Below, piece after piece: positions 18,875 to 30,787 of a stretch of 64,000 nt of DNA. The notes below the pieces were generated by a model, which was not told where the DNA came from, searched no databases, and saw only the letters and a list, made by a program, of their open reading frames with translations. The translations under genes were made by a program, and so were the position numbers. Numbering within the stretch: the first letter of the stretch is position 1; every line of letters starts with the position of its first letter. The stretch is from Spirochaetia bacterium (GTDB lineage Bacteria; Spirochaetota; Spirochaetia; SP-2023): assembly GCA_965225855.1 (NCBI GenBank), contig CBDDCK010000005.1, positions 1,504,001-1,568,000 on the forward strand. Direction: 5' to 3'.

Positions 18875-19333
18875 CTAACGACTCTGTAATTCTGTAATAA
18901 TCTGGACAAATTCTTCTAGTGAATTAAATTTTTTATAGACCGCCGCAAAGCGCACATAGGCGATAATGTCAAATTCGCGCAAATAACGCAAAATCGTTTC
19001 GCCGATTTCATCGCTTGTCAATTCCTTCTTATTGTAACTTCGCTCGCTAAAATGGGCCTCCAACCTACTGAAAAAGTCTTCAATTTTATTGACGCTCAGC
19101 TGGCGTTTTTCAATAGAACGGCTAACTCCATTGCGCAATTTCTGCCAATCAAAATCCTGAATCTGGCCATTTTGCTTGCGTACACGCATCGTGATGGCAT
19201 CAATTTCCTCATGTGAAGTGAAGCGAAAATGACAATCACTACATTCGCGCCGCCGCCGTATTGAAGTAGCTTGGCCACTTTGGCGCGAATCCAGTACTCG
19301 ATTATCCAAACAAGAACAACGTGGGCATTTCAT
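18875..19333 (-). CDS. nrdR: Transcriptional repressor NrdR
   Basis: MKCPRC...VLDSR...IRRRRECSDC zinc ribbon, ATP-cone and AYVRFAAVY motif. Confidence 0.96.
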   Translation of the reverse strand: MKCPRCSCLDNRVLDSRQSGQATSIRRRRECSDCHFRFTSHEEIDAITMRVRKQNGQIQDFDWQKLRNGVSRSIEKRQLSVNKIEDFFSRLEAHFSERSYNKKELTSDEIGETILRYLREFDIIAYVRFAAVYKKFNSLEEFVQIITELQSR

Positions 19334-19388
19334 AATCCCAAGATATTTGGCCTAAAGCCAAAAAACAACAAATCTTTTTATTTTTTTC

Positions 19389-19417
19389 TTGCCACCTCTT
19401 AGTAAATTGCTTAGATT
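19389..19417 (+). promoter_or_regulatory. Candidate sigma70 promoter of groEL
   Basis: TTGCCA-17 nt-TAGATT upstream of an AAGGAG RBS. No CIRCE inverted repeat seen. Confidence 0.55.
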
Positions 19418-19462
19418 TACAACACAAACGATAAGCCAAATATTCTCAAACATAAGGAGTAA

Positions 19463-21118
<1,656 letters not shown>

Positions 21119-21134
21119 ATTCCTACAAAACAAT

Positions 21135-21190
21135 AAAAAGGAATCCAGAAAGTACATATCTATAGCTCATACTTTCTGGGTTCCTTTTTT
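21135..21190 (+). terminator. Intrinsic terminator after groEL
   Basis: AAAAAGGAATCCAGAAAGTA...TACTTTCTGGGTTCCTTTTTT. Confidence 0.75.
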
Positions 21191-21398
21191 ATTTCGATTA
21201 TTCTGTTAATAGTTTTTTTGAGTATCCGATAATCGCTATAGCCTTCATCTAGAAGCCTAGGTATATCAAGAGTATAGTTTTGCTGGCAAAGGTTGTTTTT
21301 CGCTAACGATAATAATTCTAAACAAACTCTTGGTTGGCGACATAAAAACGTTTTTATGAAATACCTATAAGTACTCAAGGAGAATACCCTTCTAAGCC

Positions 21399-21851
21399 AT
21401 GGAATTTTATACGCTAGTCTCATTAGTTTTTTTAGCGATTATAATGTGGTGGTACGTTGTAACCCGTTACAATCGAGAGCCGCTTGAACAAAATTCCATT
21501 TTAGAATTTACCAGTTATCAATTGGAAGAGTTAATCAGCAATGAAGCAATCAATTATTATTTAATTGATGTACGGACCGAGGAAGCCTATCGCCGCGGAC
21601 ATATTCCTACAGCGATCAATATCCCAGCCCGAACTTGCAATGGATTATTGCCTACAGATGACTTATTTATCCTAGTAGTTGTCTATGGTGCGAACCGCAA
21701 AGAAGCCCAAGAAGTGGCAAGGATTTTAAGCGAATTTGGTTATTTCAACGTTCACATTACAGATGCTATAGCCCGCTGGAAGGGCAATATTCAAGAAGGT
21801 GATTACCAAGATTATGTTGCAGAACACGATACAGATGTTCACTATGTTTAA
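21399..21851 (+). CDS. Membrane-anchored rhodanese-like domain protein
   Basis: N-terminal TM helix and IDVRTEEAY..GHIPTAINIP motif. The usual active-site Cys position reads VVYG, so it may be non-catalytic. Confidence 0.8.
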   Translation: MEFYTLVSLVFLAIIMWWYVVTRYNREPLEQNSILEFTSYQLEELISNEAINYYLIDVRTEEAYRRGHIPTAINIPARTCNGLLPTDDLFILVVVYGANRKEAQEVARILSEFGYFNVHITDAIARWKGNIQEGDYQDYVAEHDTDVHYV

Positions 21852-21935
21852 TTTCCCAGTATTTAAGTTTATTGAGCGAAACTTAAACCTTTTGAGCTTG
21901 TCTAATAATCTTAGCATAGCTATATTCTCCGAACG

Positions 21936-22598
21936 ATGGATTTCAACTTCAGTGGCTCTTTTGTTGAAAAGCTACAGTACGGAATTTTTATTTTCAGTAA
22001 TTTTTTCGATCAAAGTGGCCTACTCAATATTCTAATTTTGCTTAGTACGATTGCAATGTTTGCGTTGGTAATTCAAGGCTTTCACTTTTTGCGCAGGCAA
22101 GAAAAAGATGAGCAACAACAAAATTTAACTTTCCAACTAATGCAAAATATAGTGCGGTTGCGCTATCGCTATCGTTCTTTGCGCAGCCCCTTAATCCAAA
22201 CTTTGGAATACCCTCCTAAATTTCAAAATAAAAATCCAGCCAGTCTACATCTCCAAGATGAAGCTCAAATATATCGCCACGTTTTTTTGAAACGCTGGCA
22301 ACAATTCAGCAGTGAATGGGATAAGATGTATGACCATATTTTACTTAGTGAAATATATTGGAAACCTTGGTGCGAAAAAGAAATCCAAGATTTGCAGCGG
22401 ATGATTAACGAATTGAAATACAATATTGAACAACTAATCGTCTTTAAAAAATACGAACTGTTGCATAGCCCTTCAGCCGACCCTATCCATTTAGAACAGC
22501 TCAACTATTTAGTTTTCCTCCAAGGCGATCAAGACCCACATTTAAAACGCTTCCAAAAGAATACAGAGAAAATCCTAAAATTTTTACAAAACTCTTAA
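21936..22598 (+). CDS. Hypothetical membrane protein
   Basis: 220 aa ORF with one hydrophobic segment, co-oriented between the rhodanese gene and cysS. Confidence 0.65.
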   Translation: MDFNFSGSFVEKLQYGIFIFSNFFDQSGLLNILILLSTIAMFALVIQGFHFLRRQEKDEQQQNLTFQLMQNIVRLRYRYRSLRSPLIQTLEYPPKFQNKNPASLHLQDEAQIYRHVFLKRWQQFSSEWDKMYDHILLSEIYWKPWCEKEIQDLQRMINELKYNIEQLIVFKKYELLHSPSADPIHLEQLNYLVFLQGDQDPHLKRFQKNTEKILKFLQNS

Positions 22599-22614
22599 AT
22601 TCAGCAGGAAAAAT

Positions 22615-24165
22615 ATGAAAGCTATAGAGCCACAATATAATACTTTACAACTTTATAATAGCGATGGCCAACAATTGGAAAGATTTGTGCCGCACCAATC
22701 CAACCAAGTAAAGCTATATTGTTGTGGACCAACAGTCTATGGTTATGCCCATATAGGCAATTTGCGGGCTTATACCGTACAAGACATACTGCGTCGCTGT
22801 CTATTGGCCTTGGGCTACCAACTCAATCATGTTATGAACATCACCGATGTTGGCCATTTAACAGACGACGATGACTATGGTGAAGATAAAATACTCGTCA
22901 GTGCTCGAAAAAAAGGGAAAAGTGCAAAAGATATTGCCCAATATTATACCGATGCATTTTTCCAAGATTGTGCTGCTCTCAATATTGCAAAGCCGGAAAC
23001 TATTTGCTTGGCCAGCAATCATATAGCAGATATGCAAAAATTCATTGCAGAAATAGAGGCCGCTGGTTTTACCTATTACAACAACGGTAACTTATACTTT
23101 GATACTGGTAAGTTAGATGACTATGGTCGGTTGGTATGTCTTGTAGGGCTCAAGCACATTTCAGAACAAGAATTATTCTCGCGTACAGGACCCGATAGTG
23201 CCAAAAAAAATCAGCGAGATTTTGTACTATGGTTTTCCAACGGTAAATTTTCAGACCAAGCAATGCAGTGGGATTCCCCTTGGGGGAGAGGATATCCCGG
23301 TTGGCACATTGAGTGCAGTGCTATGGCTCGGCATTTTCTGGGTACTCAAATTGACATCCACTGTGGAGGTGTCGATCACAAAACTGTGCACCATCCAAAC
23401 GAAATAGCTCAGTCAGAAAGCATCATGCAGTTAGGGCAAAAACCTTGGGTTCGATTTTGGTTTCACAACGAATTTGTTACTATGAAAAACGACAAACAGG
23501 ATACGGATAAAAAATCTAAAATTTCCAAAAGTAATGGCAACGCTTTAACGCTACAAGATTTACAAGACAACGGCTACAAAGCTTTGGATTATCGTTATTT
23601 CTTATTGGGTAGCCACTACCGCAGCCAAGTGCAATTTCATTTCCAAGCCCTTGATGGAGCGCAAAAAAGCCGAAAGCGGCTCCAGCAAAAAGCCATAGAA
23701 TTACAAGAACAATGTAACAAACAAATTTCTAAAAATTCAGTCACTCCAGAAAATTCCCTAAAAAACGCTCAAATAAATTGGGAACATTGTGTCAAAACGG
23801 TTAGGAAAATTCAAAACGGAGAAATGAGCAAACCATATATTCAAGAGTTTTTAACATCTTTACTACAAGATTTGAATACCCCGCAAGCCATAGCTTGTTT
23901 ATGGAATGCAATAAAAGATAAAAAGCTATCTCCCCAAGAAAAGCTTACTACACTAGAATTTGGCGAAGCATTTTTACAAATTGGCTTGTTTGACAACAAA
24001 GAAACAGCCGAAATTCCCCCACAATACCTAGAGCTGCTGAACCAGCGCGATATAGCCCGCCATGACAAAAATTATTTACGCGCCGATCAAATCCGTACAG
24101 AACTACAAAATATGGGCTATCAAATTGTCGATACCGCCCAAGGTTCAACCTTAAAGCAATCATAA
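22615..24165 (+). CDS. cysS: Cysteine--tRNA ligase
   Basis: CGPTVY..AHIGN, NITDVGH, GYPGWHIECSAM and KISKS motifs. Confidence 0.97.
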   Translation: MKAIEPQYNTLQLYNSDGQQLERFVPHQSNQVKLYCCGPTVYGYAHIGNLRAYTVQDILRRCLLALGYQLNHVMNITDVGHLTDDDDYGEDKILVSARKKGKSAKDIAQYYTDAFFQDCAALNIAKPETICLASNHIADMQKFIAEIEAAGFTYYNNGNLYFDTGKLDDYGRLVCLVGLKHISEQELFSRTGPDSAKKNQRDFVLWFSNGKFSDQAMQWDSPWGRGYPGWHIECSAMARHFLGTQIDIHCGGVDHKTVHHPNEIAQSESIMQLGQKPWVRFWFHNEFVTMKNDKQDTDKKSKISKSNGNALTLQDLQDNGYKALDYRYFLLGSHYRSQVQFHFQALDGAQKSRKRLQQKAIELQEQCNKQISKNSVTPENSLKNAQINWEHCVKTVRKIQNGEMSKPYIQEFLTSLLQDLNTPQAIACLWNAIKDKKLSPQEKLTTLEFGEAFLQIGLFDNKETAEIPPQYLELLNQRDIARHDKNYLRADQIRTELQNMGYQIVDTAQGSTLKQS

Positions 24166-24187
24166 AAAGGCTATAACACCAAACAGC

Positions 24188-26311
24188 ATGAACAAAATAT
24201 TTTATAGGAGATGGCTATATCTACTAACGCTTGGCATGCTCTCGGCAATTTCTTTACTATTGTATTTCAAATATTTTATTGAATATGATGCCCTAGAAAT
24301 AAACGACTACCAGCAAGAAGATCAGGAAGAACGTATTATACTCTATATCAAAGGCCAGAATTTTGGCAAGCTGGATGAAACACAAATTTACATCAATAAC
24401 AGCGAAATCAACCAAGGGAATTTGCTCAAATGGAATGATAAAGAAATCCAAATTTTTATTCGCAAACCTTTTATTTCGGCCCAGATTCAACTAAAAAAAG
24501 GGAATAAAACAAGCCAGTATATCCCTGTCTGGAATGAACAATATTTACCAAAAGTTCAATACAACCTGCAAATACAAAACTACCCCGTGTTAGAAACCTA
24601 TCGTTTGATTTCAGAACACCCAAACGTTTTAGAAATACGAGGCAAAAATTTAGGCCTCCGCTACCAAGCTCAATGGCTTTTATTGAACCGAAAACTCAAT
24701 AATACCAGTAATGTTTATTTTGATGCTTCATTTTTACAAGACTATCGCATATTAACAATTTCTGAAATTCTCTACTGGAGCAACCAGATCATCCGTGTTC
24801 AAATTCCCCAAGAAGTTGCTGCTGGCCCCATTTTTCTAGTTCGGCAGGCCAAGAATAAAATTTTCAATAGCAATAACTTATATATACCTGCTGCACCCAA
24901 CCGTATTAGCCAGCAAGCAGATCCTACAAATAGTATGACTCTACGTTTATTGTTACTCTATCATAAAGAAATATTTCCCAAACCAGAATTATGGCAAATA
25001 CCAGAACAAATGCACAAACAGAACGCAAACATACAAACAAAAGAAGTATACAACAAACTCTACCAAAAATACCAAACATTCTTAGATGAAAATACAAAGA
25101 ATGCACCTGCCGAATTACCAAACCAAGAGAATAACAAAGATATTCTTCAACAAAACCAACTCTCAAAAAATCAAGATGGGAAAGCTCAAAATACCAAAGA
25201 GCAAGACGCAAAAAATGTATTCTCCCTACTCTTGCCTTTATTCTTGCGCCTGCATTGGCCTCGAAATGAGCTAAACCAATCTTGGCATAGCCTTACCAAT
25301 GAAAATGAATTAAACCCAATGATCCCCGCACAAAATTTTAATTTGCAACCGTTACCAAAAAATATAACGCAAAACAATGAAGCAATGCCCGTAATCAATT
25401 GGCTATTGATTCCACATTCACAAGTCAGTCCTCTAGCACAACGCAGCCTTTTTCTCGAATTATCGTATAGTTTTTGGCAACAAAACCCACCAGTAAGTAG
25501 CCGCAATAAAAATTACAATAGAAAAGAGCTCGCTTATTTGCAATATCAATTTCGGAACAATAAAGCCATCAGCACAAAATACCAAGTACCCTACTGGCAA
25601 TTTAGCAACAGGCTCAAAAACCAAGCCATAAGCCCTTACCAAAAAGCTTTAAAAATTTACAGCCAAACCGTACGCAAATGGAATATAAAATCGGACAACC
25701 TAAATCAATTATTTAAACTATCTTCCAAAACCCGATTAGCGCAATTGTCTCGATGGCCAAACCAATATCTAGCCCCAAGTCAAGAAAAAGAAGTCTCGAA
25801 AGATTCTCAACAAAACGCTCAAAAAAATTTCATTTCCAGTAATGAACCCAAAAATTTACGGCCAGAACAAATATTATTATTATTATTACACAACATGACA
25901 GAATTAAACATACCAGCAAGAATCATTGCTGGGTCAATTTCTACCCTATCGCAGAGCCCAATGAAATTATTCCCCTATTTTTGGCTAGAGATTTACCTAC
26001 CTGAGTTTGGATGGTTTCAAGCCGATCCAATAGCCGCAATTTTAGCCCGGAAAACTCTCTCCAATATTTCCCAAAATTCTGCCAACAATTTTTCTGTTCC
26101 TAAATTTTGGGGAAATTTATCATCACACATAACTAATAAAGTGAAACAGTCCAATCAAATCAAGCTAGCTTTTTTTGCGCTGCAAGAGATATGGCAAAAT
26201 TTTGATGATAATTTTTCTTTTGAACAATTGTCCAAACAGCAAACACAACAAGAATCACCACAGAGCAAATCGCTATTTAGCTGGCAGCTACAAAGAATTA
26301 ATGAGAATTAA
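24188..26311 (+). CDS. Membrane-anchored protein with IPT/TIG-like N-terminal repeats and a degenerate transglutaminase-like domain
   Basis: TM anchor, two I.G.N(F/L)G...W....I repeats, and NIPARIIAG...YFWLEIYLPEFGWFQADP near the C-terminus. Confidence 0.65.
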   Translation: MNKIFYRRWLYLLTLGMLSAISLLLYFKYFIEYDALEINDYQQEDQEERIILYIKGQNFGKLDETQIYINNSEINQGNLLKWNDKEIQIFIRKPFISAQIQLKKGNKTSQYIPVWNEQYLPKVQYNLQIQNYPVLETYRLISEHPNVLEIRGKNLGLRYQAQWLLLNRKLNNTSNVYFDASFLQDYRILTISEILYWSNQIIRVQIPQEVAAGPIFLVRQAKNKIFNSNNLYIPAAPNRISQQADPTNSMTLRLLLLYHKEIFPKPELWQIPEQMHKQNANIQTKEVYNKLYQKYQTFLDENTKNAPAELPNQENNKDILQQNQLSKNQDGKAQNTKEQDAKNVFSLLLPLFLRLHWPRNELNQSWHSLTNENELNPMIPAQNFNLQPLPKNITQNNEAMPVINWLLIPHSQVSPLAQRSLFLELSYSFWQQNPPVSSRNKNYNRKELAYLQYQFRNNKAISTKYQVPYWQFSNRLKNQAISPYQKALKIYSQTVRKWNIKSDNLNQLFKLSSKTRLAQLSRWPNQYLAPSQEKEVSKDSQQNAQKNFISSNEPKNLRPEQILLLLLHNMTELNIPARIIAGSISTLSQSPMKLFPYFWLEIYLPEFGWFQADPIAAILARKTLSNISQNSANNFSVPKFWGNLSSHITNKVKQSNQIKLAFFALQEIWQNFDDNFSFEQLSKQQTQQESPQSKSLFSWQLQRINEN

Positions 26312-26378
26312 AATACTCAAACCCCAGAGCAAAAACCCTAGCAAAAATTCCTACAAACTTTAGTGATAAATTTACAAG

Positions 26379-27905
26379 TTATAACTCACGGCGCAATTGC
26401 TCTGGTGTAACTCTATCCCAGTTTCTGCCCTGAATTTCGGTAATATCTTCTGCATTATTGAATTGAGCTAACAATCTTTTGAGACGTGGTTTACAAAATT
26501 GGCCTTGACAAAAACCCATCGTAACCCGGGTTCTCCACTTTAAAAAATCCAAATTCTGCGCAACAGAACAAAATGCCGAAGCTTTGTTTCTCTGTAACAC
26601 CTCGGTAATTATGCGGCTTTGAACTTGTTCACATCGGCAGACCAAACATTCAGGATCGTCCAAAGGTAAATCGGTATAAGTTTTTATTTGTTTTCCAGAA
26701 ACAAATTCTTTATGCCGTTGACTGGGGATATACGGCTTGCGTTGATGATGAAACCGAGATTTTGCTGTAAACCTACTACCTTGGTCAGCCCAAATTTTGG
26801 CCAGCTTTTGAACCAATTCTTGTGCAATGGGTAGGGCCGAAGTCAGGCCAGGAGAAGCAATACCTAATAATTCACAATGTGTTTGTTGATAGCGAATTAA
26901 AAAATCTCCGGGGCTAAGCACATTGCCCTTCATCATTTTTAATCGAGGCCTCATGCCCGCATAGCTACGAATGACTTTATTCTTTGGAATACCGGGCACT
27001 AAGTTTTGGCCTTTGCGATATATATCTTGTAGATTCGGCAGGCAAGTAGACAAATCACTAGGGTCGTTCACAAATTCGGCATCGGGGCCTAGTATAAGGT
27101 TGCCATGGTAAGTTGGGCAAACCGTTATCCCTTTACCCTTAATTTTATCGGGCAGCGGGAACAACACATGCTTCACCATTTGGCCACAACTGCGGTCAAA
27201 AACCAGATATTGGCCCTTGACCGCCTGCAATTCATAATCGTAACTCTTCAGCATTTGCGAAATTTGCGGCGCCCCCCAGCCCGCAGCATTGATAAGATAA
27301 TGGCAAAAATAATGTTTAGACTTCAAATCATCATGTTGTATCGTTTCTAATGCATAACCATTTTCTGTTGGCTCTAGTATACGTAGTTCTTCGCCCAAGC
27401 ATAGCTTAACATGATTGGCAACAGCATTTTCAGCCAAAGCCAAACAAAATTCTGGCCCGATCACAACTCCGCTTTCAGCAGCATACAAGGCATAGCTTGC
27501 TTCCGAATTAAGCTTGGGTTCGTGTTCGCGAAGTTGGTTCGAGTCCCATAATTCCAACCCCTGAACACCGTTTTTTATACCGTTATTTCGCAACGCTTGT
27601 AGTTTTTCTTTATCACTTTCATGGAAAGCCACTACCAGCGCACCACACTTGCGAAAACCAAAATGTAACTGCTGATTTAAAGCTTCAATAGAAGAGACCC
27701 CATGCAGTGCGTAGCGGCTTTTTACCGAACCTACCGTATCATCAAAACCAGCATGGATAATACTTGTATTACCACGGGTGATACCCGTTGCCACATCTTT
27801 ATCCTTTTCAAGCCATAAAATGCGTAGTTCATAACGCGACAATTCTCGAGCTATAGCTGCCCCAAGCACTCCTGCCCCAACAATGCAAACATCATATTGT
27901 TCCAA
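26379..27905 (-). CDS. FAD-dependent oxidoreductase with a C-terminal BFD-like Cys cluster, probable glycerol-3-phosphate dehydrogenase/oxidase
   Basis: YDVCIVGAGVLG, TRGNTSIIHAG and VCRCE...RTRVTMGFCQGQFC motifs; directly downstream of glpK. TTG start at 27905 chosen because the ORF-track start overlaps glpK. Confidence 0.8.
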   Translation of the reverse strand: MEQYDVCIVGAGVLGAAIARELSRYELRILWLEKDKDVATGITRGNTSIIHAGFDDTVGSVKSRYALHGVSSIEALNQQLHFGFRKCGALVVAFHESDKEKLQALRNNGIKNGVQGLELWDSNQLREHEPKLNSEASYALYAAESGVVIGPEFCLALAENAVANHVKLCLGEELRILEPTENGYALETIQHDDLKSKHYFCHYLINAAGWGAPQISQMLKSYDYELQAVKGQYLVFDRSCGQMVKHVLFPLPDKIKGKGITVCPTYHGNLILGPDAEFVNDPSDLSTCLPNLQDIYRKGQNLVPGIPKNKVIRSYAGMRPRLKMMKGNVLSPGDFLIRYQQTHCELLGIASPGLTSALPIAQELVQKLAKIWADQGSRFTAKSRFHHQRKPYIPSQRHKEFVSGKQIKTYTDLPLDDPECLVCRCEQVQSRIITEVLQRNKASAFCSVAQNLDFLKWRTRVTMGFCQGQFCKPRLKRLLAQFNNAEDITEIQGRNWDRVTPEQLRREL

Positions 27906-27940
27906 TGATAATAACCTATATTCCCTCAAATATTTTTCGT

Positions 27941-29434
27941 TTAGACTTCCCAATTTTGGGAACGCAAAACCGCTTTTTGCCAACCAGAGTATAATTTTTG
28001 TCTTTCGCTTATAGCCATGGTGGGAATAAATTTTTGATCTTCTGCCCAAGTGCGGGCTATTTCGTCTTTACTACTCCAAAACTTTACCGCTAAGCCTGCC
28101 AATAAAGCAGCCCCCAAAGCAGTCGTTTCGACAATAGCCGGGCGAACAACAGTTTGGCCAATAATGTCAGCTTGGAATTGCATTAAAAAATTATTTGAGC
28201 TCGCACCGCCATCGACCCGTAATTCTGGCAATTGTATCCCTGCATCTTTAACCATACTATCGATAACATCTTTTGATTGGTAGGCAATGCTTTCCAATGC
28301 AGCACGGATAATATGTTCTCGCGATATGCCCCTTGTAAGCCCCACAATCGCACCACGGGCATACATATCCCAATACGGTGCGCCTAAACCAGAAAAAGCA
28401 GGCACAACATAAGCACCCTGGGTATCCTTTACCTTAGAGGCGAAATATTCGGTATCTTTGGCATCGTGAATAATTTTCAATTCGTCTCGCAGCCATTGAA
28501 CAACAGCACCTGCAATAAAAACACTTCCTTCTAAAGCATAATCCAATTTTCCGTCTAGCCCCCAGGCTATCGTTGTAAGCAGGCCATTTTCTGATTTTTT
28601 CATTTCAGAACCTGTCTGCATCATAATAAAGCTGCCTGTACCATAAGTGTTTTTGATCATACCGGGTTCAAAACAGGCTTGCCCAAATAGTGCTGCTTGT
28701 TGATCCCCCACAATACTGGCAATGGGGATTTTCGTATTACTCCCCCCTAAGCCGACAGTAGCATACACACAGCTACTATCTTTTACTTCCGGTAACATAT
28801 TTTTAGGGATTCCAAGAGTATCCAGTATTTTTTGATCCCAGATTTTTGTTTTTATGTTAAACAATAAAGTCCTTGCAGCATTGGAATAATCAGTTACATG
28901 AATTTGCCCTCGTGTCAAATTCCAAATGAGCCAGCTATCAACCGTGCCAAACAGCAATTCCCCTTTTTCTGCTTTAGCTCTAGCACCACTAACATTATCG
29001 AGTATCCATCGCACCTTTGTGCCAGAAAAATAGGCATCCAACAGCAAACCTGTAGAATTTTTTACATGCTCTGCAAAACCAGGTTTTTGACGAAATTGCT
29101 CGCAAATTTGTGCTGTTCTTCGGCACTGCCAAACAATAGCATTATATACGGGTTTTCCTGTATTTTTATCCCATACAATTGTGGTTTCCCTTTGATTAGT
29201 AATACCAATTGCAGCGATTTCTTTATTTGGTATTGCTGCTTGCGCCAAGATTTCGGTAATAACCGATCTTTGGGAAGACCATATTTCCATTGGGTCATGC
29301 TCTACCCAACCAGGGTGGGGGTAGTATTGGCTAAATTCCCGTTGCGCCAAAGCGATAATTTTTTGCGCACGATCAAACACAATCGCTCTGGAACTTGCTG
29401 TACCTTGATCTAAGGCAAGAACATACTTAGGCAT
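27941..29434 (-). CDS. glpK: Glycerol kinase
   Basis: [30 protein letters not shown] and KNTYGTG motifs. Confidence 0.98.
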   Translation of the reverse strand: MPKYVLALDQGTASSRAIVFDRAQKIIALAQREFSQYYPHPGWVEHDPMEIWSSQRSVITEILAQAAIPNKEIAAIGITNQRETTIVWDKNTGKPVYNAIVWQCRRTAQICEQFRQKPGFAEHVKNSTGLLLDAYFSGTKVRWILDNVSGARAKAEKGELLFGTVDSWLIWNLTRGQIHVTDYSNAARTLLFNIKTKIWDQKILDTLGIPKNMLPEVKDSSCVYATVGLGGSNTKIPIASIVGDQQAALFGQACFEPGMIKNTYGTGSFIMMQTGSEMKKSENGLLTTIAWGLDGKLDYALEGSVFIAGAVVQWLRDELKIIHDAKDTEYFASKVKDTQGAYVVPAFSGLGAPYWDMYARGAIVGLTRGISREHIIRAALESIAYQSKDVIDSMVKDAGIQLPELRVDGGASSNNFLMQFQADIIGQTVVRPAIVETTALGAALLAGLAVKFWSSKDEIARTWAEDQKFIPTMAISERQKLYSGWQKAVLRSQNWEV

Positions 29435-29663
29435 CTAAGCCTCCTTAAAAAGGAAGATAGGAACAGATTTTTGTTGCTTTGAAGGCCTCCGATTTGATGA
29501 ACAGAAAAGCGGGCGCGGTGTGTTGCGTGATATTCGCAAAATGCCACCATGCCCTAAGCATTTAATAAACCAACAGCAAAAGAATTTGAATAGAGTAAAA
29601 CAAATTCAAAAAAAACAACAACCAAAGCAACGCCTGCGTGATATATTCAAGATTTAAGTTTTC

Positions 29664-30128
29664 TTATTGCAGTTTATCAACTTTCTCTTGGTTAGGCCCG
29701 TAATCTGCATGATTTGCGCCACACTAAAATCCTCGGCAAGCATATTTACCGTGGTTTTTGGCATAAGTTATCGCCGCCACTAGGCTATCCATCTCTAGCT
29801 CTGTATCGGCAATTTGGCTTAGGTCGATTAGGCAATATTGCATTTGGGGGATATATTTACTTGGCACAGGGCCTGTAGCAATCAAGTCAGCTACTTGAGT
29901 GGTCACCATTGTAGAGCGCGATTTTGTAAATTAGGTCGAACTCGGTTTGTTTTCGGTGCTGATAAAGCTCTTGTCGACTGCTTGAAGGCTTTCGGGCCCT
30001 AGGTTTTAGGCTATTTGTTGCTTAACCAAGCTGCGCATAAATTGGCAGAACACTTGGGGGTTACACAATAGAGCTTTGTAGGCTTTGTCTTAGGGGTAGT
30101 GAATGTCTGGTTGTGCTGATTCTACCAT
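29664..30128 (-). pseudogene. Rpn family (YhgA-like PD-(D/E)XK recombination-promoting nuclease / putative transposase) pseudogene
   Basis: Hand translation across stops and frameshifts: IHYP*DKAYKALL...VDKSFIS...EFDLIYKI/LYNGD...YIPQMQYCLIDLS...NMLAEDFSVAQIMQITGL. Large internal deletions. Confidence 0.75.
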
Positions 30129-30146
30129 TCTCACGCCCTACAAGAG

Positions 30147-30532
30147 CTATTCTTCACGGACTAAACCAATACCCACTATCCACGGGTGATCGCTCTGCTG
30201 TATGCCCTTGGGCCACTTGCTGCGCTGCTTTGCCATTGGGGACTCATAGAACATGCTGCTCATATAGACAATGCTGGATATGTCCCAAGCACTTAGGTCT
30301 TGATTAAAGGAAGAGGCCCCCGTGAACATACTCCACATATTGGTAACGCTGGAGGTGTCTGACTGGGAAATATCGCTGTTAAAATCGCTAACATAGAATA
30401 GGTCGGCCGTATCGCCAGCTTGTTTCATTAGGGCCTTGAGCTGGGCCTTAGTCTGGGGCTTGACCTTGTAGGCAATAGCCTTACAATGTTCTAGCCGGCC
30501 TTGTTTGCTGTTTATTGCTATACATATTGCAT
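30147..30532 (-). pseudogene. Degraded DUF285/BspA-type surface repeat protein
   Basis: FNSDISQ.DTSSVTNM.SMF and FNQDLSAWDISS...MSSMF repeats, preceded in frame by YKVKPQTKAQLKAL. The ATG after the GGAGG RBS (30532) is out of frame and stops after 4 codons. Confidence 0.65.
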
Positions 30533-30787
30533 CTACCTCCTAGGTATAATAGCACAGCATTTGCGTTTATCGGGCAGTAGTATCAAGCTATTTACGTTAT
30601 TTTCCCTAAATAAACCAGAGAACCAATTCTAAATCGTCAATAGAAATCTTCCTAGAGCGTAAGATAAATTCTTATAGAGCAACAAGAGATTTCTTTATCG
30701 TACGTCATTGCTAGCCTAGCAAAGTAAGCTCTAGGCTTTGCTTTAGCCTTTGGGTTATTTTTCGTTAGGTGGGCTTAGTATATGATT

